Below, one piece after another: positions 58,291 through 64,000 of a DNA stretch of 64,000 nt. The notes beneath the pieces are model-generated. The model worked only from the letters and a program-made list of their open reading frames with translations. It was not told where the DNA came from and did not search any database. The number at the start of each line of letters is the position of its first letter. Within the stretch, counting starts at the first letter, position 1. The position numbers and the translations under genes were made by a program. Origin of the DNA: Gammaproteobacteria bacterium (GTDB taxonomy: Bacteria; Pseudomonadota; Gammaproteobacteria; S012-40); contig JALUUH010000177.1 of NCBI GenBank assembly GCA_027021445.1, positions 9,667-73,666 on the forward strand, given 5' to 3'.

Positions 58291-59721
58291 ATGTCAGAAA
58301 CAGAAATGATTTGGGTTATTGATGATGATAGATCAATTCGCTGGGTACTTGAGCGTGCGCTAAAAAAAGCATCAATGGAAGTTAAAAGCTTTGAAAGTGC
58401 AAAGGGAGTCATCGAAAAACTACACTTCAGTCAACCGGATGCGATCATTAGTGACGTGCGTATGCCGGGAGTGGATGGTTTAGCCTTATTATCTGAGATT
58501 AAAGATAATTACCCATTGCTACCCGTGATCATCATGACTGCTCATTCTGATCTAGACAGCGCAGTATCCGCTTATGAAGGTGGTGCGTTTGAATATTTGC
58601 CCAAGCCCTTTGATGTTGATGATGCGATAGAATTAGTACGCAGAGCGGTAGATCATTCGCGAGTTAAAATATCAACCATTACTCAAGATAGTAGTAAGGT
58701 TTCTCAAACTGAACTTATTGGTGAAGCACCTGCTATGCAGGAAGTTTTTCGTGCGATTGGGAGGCTATCCCGTTCTAATATCACGGTCATGATTAATGGT
58801 GAGTCTGGTACGGGAAAAGAATTGGTCGCGACTGCATTACACCGTCATAGTCCTCGATCCGTAAACCCATTTATTGCGATAAATACTGCGGCAATTCCGA
58901 AAGATCTTTTAGAGTCTGAGTTATTTGGGCATGAGAAAGGTGCATTTACTGGTGCGCAAGCGATGCGTCGTGGGCGGTTTGAACAGGCAAACGGTGGTAC
59001 ATTGTTTCTCGATGAAATTGGTGATATGCCTGCAGAATTACAAACGCGATTATTAAGGGTTTTGGCTTCAGGGGAGTTTTATCGGGTTGGTGGTCATGAT
59101 CCCATTAAGGTGGATGTTCGGATCATTGCAGCTACCCATCAAAATTTGGAAGAACTAGTAAAGCAAGGGCAATTCCGTGAAGATCTTTTTCACCGGCTGA
59201 ATGTCATACGAGTTCATTTGCCATCATTGCGTGAGCGACGTGAAGATGTGCCACTTTTGTTGACACATTTTCTTGCTAATGCAGCTACAGAACTAAATGT
59301 TGAGCTGAAACAATTACGTGCGGAGACAGCCCAATTTTTAATGCAGTTTGATTGGCCTGGAAATGTACGACAATTAGAAAACGTATGCCGTTGGTTAATG
59401 GTCATGGCTCCGGGGCCTGAAATTCATATTGATGACTTGCCAGCGGAACTAAAAACGGTATCCACAAATGCATGCAACACGGATGATTGGCAGCAAGCTT
59501 TGAAGTTATGGACAACCGCAGCCTTGAATTGTGGTGAAAAAAACCTAATGAGCCGTTCAACACCTTGTTATGAGGCGGTTATGATTTCTGCCGCTTTAGA
59601 ATTTACCGGCGGTCGTAGACAAGAAGCTGCAAAGTTATTAGGTCTAGGTCGAAATACGTTGACTCGAAAAATTAAAGAACTAAATTTAGACGGTATTGAT
59701 GTGTTGGATCAGGCATATTAA
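58291..59721 (+). CDS. glnG: Nitrogen regulation response regulator NtrC
   Basis: REC domain, GESGTGKE, ESELFGHEKGAFTGA, Fis-type HTH (LGLGRNTLTRK). Confidence 0.97.
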   Translation: MSETEMIWVIDDDRSIRWVLERALKKASMEVKSFESAKGVIEKLHFSQPDAIISDVRMPGVDGLALLSEIKDNYPLLPVIIMTAHSDLDSAVSAYEGGAFEYLPKPFDVDDAIELVRRAVDHSRVKISTITQDSSKVSQTELIGEAPAMQEVFRAIGRLSRSNITVMINGESGTGKELVATALHRHSPRSVNPFIAINTAAIPKDLLESELFGHEKGAFTGAQAMRRGRFEQANGGTLFLDEIGDMPAELQTRLLRVLASGEFYRVGGHDPIKVDVRIIAATHQNLEELVKQGQFREDLFHRLNVIRVHLPSLRERREDVPLLLTHFLANAATELNVELKQLRAETAQFLMQFDWPGNVRQLENVCRWLMVMAPGPEIHIDDLPAELKTVSTNACNTDDWQQALKLWTTAALNCGEKNLMSRSTPCYEAVMISAALEFTGGRRQEAAKLLGLGRNTLTRKIKELNLDGIDVLDQAY

Positions 59722-61040
59722 CCCAATTTTGCATTTTCTTTAACTTCGTTATTGTCTAGTTGCGCTAACATCAATTGAGCTACTTGATTTTGAGTGGCTT
59801 GAAGTTCAGTTGTCAAATTGTTTACCTTATCTATTTCGCCATTGTCGATAAGAATTTCCATTTCTGCAGCGATGATATTCAAGGTCTTTGCACCAAATTG
59901 CGCGCTGGTTCCCTTTATTGAATGAATCGTTTTTTTTAATGTTTCTAAGTCATCTTGTTGAGCTGCTTCCATCGCACGATTTACATTTTCGACGGCGTTG
60001 TTGATGTGTTTATCCAAAAGAGTAGAAAATCTACAATTTCTGAAAAATCTAAAATGTCATTGATTATCGTTAGTAAAGCGTCCGCTGATTTCATGGTAGC
60101 TTCTGCGTAGCTGCGTTGTTTGCTCGATAAAACGGTGTCTAGTAATAATCCCGACATTCCGATAATACCATTCATTGGTGTGCGTATTTCGTGGCTCATA
60201 TTGGCTAAAAACTCTGACTTCAGGCGTGTGGCTGATTCAGCATTTTCCTTGGCTTCACGTAACTCAAGTTCGCCTTGTTTGCGTATAGTTATGTCAGCAC
60301 GGATAGCGATGTAACTCTTAGGTTTTCCATTGCTTTCCATAATGCGATGATTGTTGCCGAGTAATTCTTCACGGCTGTATCCACTGATTTCAGTAAATTT
60401 GTTATTTACAAAAGTTATTGTGCCGTGAACATCGAGCTATTAATAATAGAATTATGCATATGTTCATTAATCCGATCGAGGCGTAATTGAAGCGCAAAAA
60501 TACCAATTTTATTGCCATGTTCATCTAGCATGGGTGTGATAAGAAAACCTGCTACTTGATTGCTGGAGGGTGCATAATGTTCTAGATCAGAAAAAAGAGT
60601 GCGCCCTGTATCTAAGCTGAATTGACTTTTTTTTGCGAATTGAGAGTTGGCATAAATGCCGTTGAAAAGATTAGTGCCCAGATCAGGTTGACGGGCTGTA
60701 GAGAATAATATGTTGCCATCGACATCAACCAGAAACAAGTCGTGGATGTAATCATATCGGCGGGTAAGCGTCAAAGATCATGTTGTCGTTCGTTTAAGCG
60801 AGGCCCAGGTAAAACTATGGATGAATTCCTCTAGACTTTTTCCGCTACGTTTAAAGCTTTCTTTGAGTGTCATCAGAAACTCAGCATTTCTAAGGTTTTC
60901 AGATTGAATACTGAGATCCATAAATCGATATTCAAACCAATAGCTTATCCGGTTGTTCCCTAGCTTGTGTCAATACTAAAATAATCGAAATAATCGTTTG
61001 TTTGGTAGCGGCAAAATATCAGAAAAATGAAGCATAATTT
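59718..61040 (-). pseudogene. Decayed hybrid sensor histidine kinase (Cache-PAS-HisKA...Hpt fragments)
   Basis: Collinear fragments in different frames: Cache (YDYIHDLFLVDVDGNILFS), PAS start ([14 protein letters not shown]...NHRI) joined directly to PAS end ([15 protein letters not shown]), HisKA ([15 protein letters not shown]...DILDFS), then Hpt (HSIKGTSAQFGA). HATPase and REC domains are absent. Confidence 0.85.
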
Positions 61041-61297
61041 GCCGTGCTATGAATCTAATTCTGCAGAAAATAGCGCTAATCTATAGAATCCAACATGTTG
61101 CTGCAACCAGACAGTTTCACTTTACTAACGCAGGAGACGTATGTTGAAACTCTGAAGTTATTAACGTAATCAATTGTTTTCATAATAATTAAATTTTTTT
61201 GTATTTTTTGGCTTCAACATTGCCTTAAGCAGGTATCGTATCGTTGATGGTACGGTATTGTTGATATGTTAAATTAAATTGGAAGGAATCCTATCTC

Positions 61298-61570
61298 ATG
61301 AATAGAAAACTGGTTTTAGGTGTCTTGATGGGAGTTGCAGTGAGTGGTTATGCTTTCGCAGGAGAAGGCATTAAATCCTCCTCTAATCCAGACAAAACTT
61401 TTAGTTCTTTAGATACTGATAAGAGTGGTACATTAACCAAGGAAGAAGCCACCAAACATAGTGGTATAGCTCATAATTTTAGTGCTGTTGATTTAGATCA
61501 AGATGGTACATTGGATAGTAGTGAGTTTTTAGCGGCTATTCAAAAAATTAATGTAGCGAATCAAGAATAA
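61298..61570 (+). CDS. Secreted two-EF-hand calcium-binding protein
   Basis: Signal peptide AFA; DTDKSGTLTKEE and DLDQDGTLDSSEF loops. Confidence 0.85.
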   Translation: MNRKLVLGVLMGVAVSGYAFAGEGIKSSSNPDKTFSSLDTDKSGTLTKEEATKHSGIAHNFSAVDLDQDGTLDSSEFLAAIQKINVANQE

Positions 61571-61582
61571 ACATTGCAAACA

Positions 61583-61620
61583 GGGACATTCCTAGTATTA
61601 ATAGAGGAGTGTCCCCTTTT
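61583..61620 (+). terminator. Putative intrinsic terminator
   Basis: GGGACATTCCT...AGGAGTGTCCC hairpin followed by TTTT. Confidence 0.6.
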
Positions 61621-61686
61621 GTGTTATTGTTTCTTTCATTCACACTTGTTTTGCCCTTGCTGCTATTATGCTTTTTATCGTTCCTT

Positions 61687-62112
61687 TCATAATGTGAGAT
61701 TTAGCAATAAAAACAATCCGAATACAAAAGAACTCGCCCCAAATATAAACCCAACCCAATCTTCACGTGAAGGTCCAGGCTCTAGTGTGGTGACTTCTGG
61801 AGAGTCTGGGTTGTAGTAGACCTCTACTGTTTTATCTAAAGGATAATTGCTTATCAAATTGCTGCTGAGTTCTGGTGCTGCGGTAACTTCACTGGAGAAG
61901 GCTATTTCTTGCCGGTATTTGATTTCGCCTATTTTGTATTGATATACAACCTTTGGGACAAGACTCTTTGATACTTCGGATTGTATTATCACCCCCTCAC
62001 TTTTTGGCCACGCGAGTTGGCGTTTGCGTTTATTGATTTTTTGCCAGCTCCAGATAGCCAGTATTAATCCTGCGATGGCGAATAATATGATGATGACAGC
62101 GTAAGGATTCAA
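61687..62112 (-). CDS. DUF3592-like membrane protein
   Basis: N-terminal TM, WPKSEGVIIQS, P.V.YQY, V.VYYNPDSP....LEPG, C-terminal TM. Confidence 0.8.
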   Translation of the reverse strand: MNPYAVIIILFAIAGLILAIWSWQKINKRKRQLAWPKSEGVIIQSEVSKSLVPKVVYQYKIGEIKYRQEIAFSSEVTAAPELSSNLISNYPLDKTVEVYYNPDSPEVTTLEPGPSREDWVGFIFGASSFVFGLFLLLNLTL

Positions 62113-62238
62113 ATGAGTCTCTCTTTATTAGCTAAGTTCTTTGTAAAATGCAGCTTAGGAATGGGTGCGTACAACTTCTCCGTTTGGCATCTCATCCCTG
62201 AATATTTCAGTATTTATGTTGGATTAATTTAGAGGTAC

Positions 62239-62703
62239 TTATTGTCCACCAAGAAACCCATGTTGTCGCCAAGCTTCACAGCTAATGATGGCAACCGCAT
62301 TTGCTAAATTTAAGCTTCGACTATCTGGCCGCATTGGGATTTTCAAACGAAGGCTAGAGTCGATGCCTTGAAGTATATTTTTCGGAAGTCCGTGTGTTTC
62401 AGAGCCGAATAAAAGAACGTCGTTTTTTTGATACGCAATTTGATCATGAAATCGACTTCCTTTAGTTGTGCACGCCAAAATTCTGCATCCTTTCATGATC
62501 TCTATAAAAATATCGAAGTTTGGATGTCGTGTAACATTTGCCATATCGCGGTAATCCAGGCCTGCTCGCCGAAGTTTCTTTTCTTCAAGGTCAAAACCTA
62601 AAGGCTCAATAAGATGAAGATGGCAACCGTTATTGGCGACTAACCTAATAATATTACCTGTGTTGGGTGCAATGCGTGGTTCGTAAAGTGCGATATGGAA
62701 CAT
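62239..62703 (-). CDS. trmL: tRNA (cytidine/uridine-34 2'-O)-methyltransferase
   Basis: [31 protein letters not shown]...RSLNLANA. Confidence 0.96.
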   Translation of the reverse strand: MFHIALYEPRIAPNTGNIIRLVANNGCHLHLIEPLGFDLEEKKLRRAGLDYRDMANVTRHPNFDIFIEIMKGCRILACTTKGSRFHDQIAYQKNDVLLFGSETHGLPKNILQGIDSSLRLKIPMRPDSRSLNLANAVAIISCEAWRQHGFLGGQ

Positions 62704-62724
62704 AAATAGTTTATTTTATTAGCA

Positions 62725-63741
62725 TCAATCAAGCTCTGAACGTATTGCTCGTGTCAGTAGTGATTTTACCGCAAGTCTTGGGTCTTCATTTTCATAGATG
62801 ATTCGATAAACATGTTCTGTTATTGGCATGTCTACGTCTAGTTTTTTTGCGAGTCGATGAACTTCTTTGGTGGTATATACACCTTCTGCAACTTGTCCGA
62901 GGTCTTGTAATATAGCCTCGAGATTTTTGCCTTCAGCGAGTGCAAGCCCTACCCTTCTGTTGCGTGATTGGTTATCGGTACAGGTTAAGACGATATCGCC
63001 TAAGCCAGTAAGGCCCATGAAGGTATCATGCTGTCCCCCTAATTTGATACCGAGGCGTGTTACCTCTGAGAGGCCTCGGGTAATGAGTGCGGCACGACTA
63101 TTTGCCCCAAGCTTCATTCCATCGGCAATACCTGCAGCGATAGCGAGTATATTTTTCACAGCACCACCGATTTGTACTCCAATCGCATCGCTGCTGGTAT
63201 ATGCGCGAAAAGTGTCGTTGTGTACTAAGCTTGCAAATTTTGCGGCATAAGATTGCTTAGTCGAGGCAACAGTGATGGCTGTGGGTAATCCGTTGGCGAC
63301 TTCTTTCGCAAATGTGGGGCCTGAAATAATGGCGATGCTTCTTTCTGCGCCGAGTTCTTCTCGTATTAGTTGCTCGAGTAATTTAAAGGTTTTAGGCTCC
63401 AGCCCTTTGCTCGCGGATGCAATACCGACGTGGTTTGCGACGTGGGGTTGTAATTGCTGCAAGACTGAGCGGTAACTTTTTGAGGGCATGACTAGTAAGA
63501 TATGATCTGCTTTTTCAGCCGCTGTTTGCATATCGGATGTTGGGTATAAAGTATCGGGAAATTTATTATCGGGTAGGTAGCGCTTATTAAACCGGCTTTG
63601 TGCCATATCCCGCATGTGCTCGGCATTTCTTCCCCAGAGCCAAACTTTATGCCCATTTTTTGCGAGCGTTAATGCAAGCGCAGTACCCCAGGAACCTGCG
63701 CCAACAACGCAAATCGTGGCCTTATTCACCCTATAATCCAT
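62725..63741 (-). CDS. gpsA: NAD(P)H-dependent glycerol-3-phosphate dehydrogenase
   Basis: GAGSWGTAL, SKG, SGPTFA, GGAVKN, TCTDNQSRN. Confidence 0.97.
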   Translation of the reverse strand: MDYRVNKATICVVGAGSWGTALALTLAKNGHKVWLWGRNAEHMRDMAQSRFNKRYLPDNKFPDTLYPTSDMQTAAEKADHILLVMPSKSYRSVLQQLQPHVANHVGIASASKGLEPKTFKLLEQLIREELGAERSIAIISGPTFAKEVANGLPTAITVASTKQSYAAKFASLVHNDTFRAYTSSDAIGVQIGGAVKNILAIAAGIADGMKLGANSRAALITRGLSEVTRLGIKLGGQHDTFMGLTGLGDIVLTCTDNQSRNRRVGLALAEGKNLEAILQDLGQVAEGVYTTKEVHRLAKKLDVDMPITEHVYRIIYENEDPRLAVKSLLTRAIRSELD

Positions 63742-63744
63742 CGT

Positions 63745-63999
63745 TTAATGGGTAACTTTGTCAGCTTGGGCTTGTTGGTTTTGCGCTTGTTGTAGATGTT
63801 GTTGGTAGAGCGCATCGAAATTTACTGGAGCCATTAACATTTGCGGAAAGCCACCTTTTGCAACGAGTTCGGAGATAGCCTCGCGTGCATAAGGAAACAG
63901 AATATTAGGACAATATACACCCATCATCGCGCCCATCTCTTGTTCACTGTAACCACTGAGATTAAATATACCGGCTTGGTTTACTTCCGCAAGATATGC
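63745..63999 (-). CDS. secB: Protein-export chaperone SecB, 5'-truncated by window edge
   Basis: [12 protein letters not shown]...[11 protein letters not shown]...[15 protein letters not shown]; directly upstream of gpsA. Confidence 0.95.
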   Translation of the reverse strand, partial: AYLAEVNQAGIFNLSGYSEQEMGAMMGVYCPNILFPYAREAISELVAKGGFPQMLMAPVNFDALYQQHLQQAQNQQAQADKVTH

Positions 64000-64000
64000 T

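Noticed and set aside
61132-61155. AGGAG plus a 4-codon mini-ORF (MLKL*)
   Set aside because: Too short to support; could be a relic gene start or chance.

Overview
Core chromosome segment of a low-GC (roughly 40%, estimated by eye) gammaproteobacterium spanning the replication origin. Left replichore, left to right: Fe3+-type ABC permease (truncated), thiC with a TPP riboswitch, pcm-rhodanese-tolC, gmhA/lpxL/dsbA, engB-polA, a class I cytochrome c, an unexplained lipoprotein + TraF-like beta-barrel pair, ubiX-mpl, glmS-glmU, the full atp operon (with atpZ and atpI), parB-parA-rsmG-mnmG-mnmE-yidC-yidD-rnpA-rpmH. Right replichore: dnaA-dnaN-recF-gyrB, fbp, plsC-gmhB-glySQ, an uncharacterised PP-loop sulfurtransferase + TusA cluster, a CDF transporter, glnA-ntrBC, a decayed hybrid histidine kinase, trmL-gpsA-secB (truncated). 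The most notable non-housekeeping signals are: (1) an unannotated ~125-nt multi-hairpin sRNA with C-rich loops and an RpoE-type promoter between polA and engB, the Spot42/ErsA/sX13 syntenic position; (2) a two-gene TraF/FadL-like barrel + surface lipoprotein module with no conjugation genes nearby; (3) a 167-bp MITE-like element; (4) a perfect 24-bp palindrome between divergent polA and a DUF2782-like gene; (5) a likely oriC between dnaA and dnaN, with two perfect parS sites inside recF; (6) an MnmA-like/TusA sulfur-relay cluster; (7) a multiply deleted sensor-kinase pseudogene. No CRISPR array, rRNA, tRNA or transposase was seen. All family assignments come from motif recognition, not database searches.
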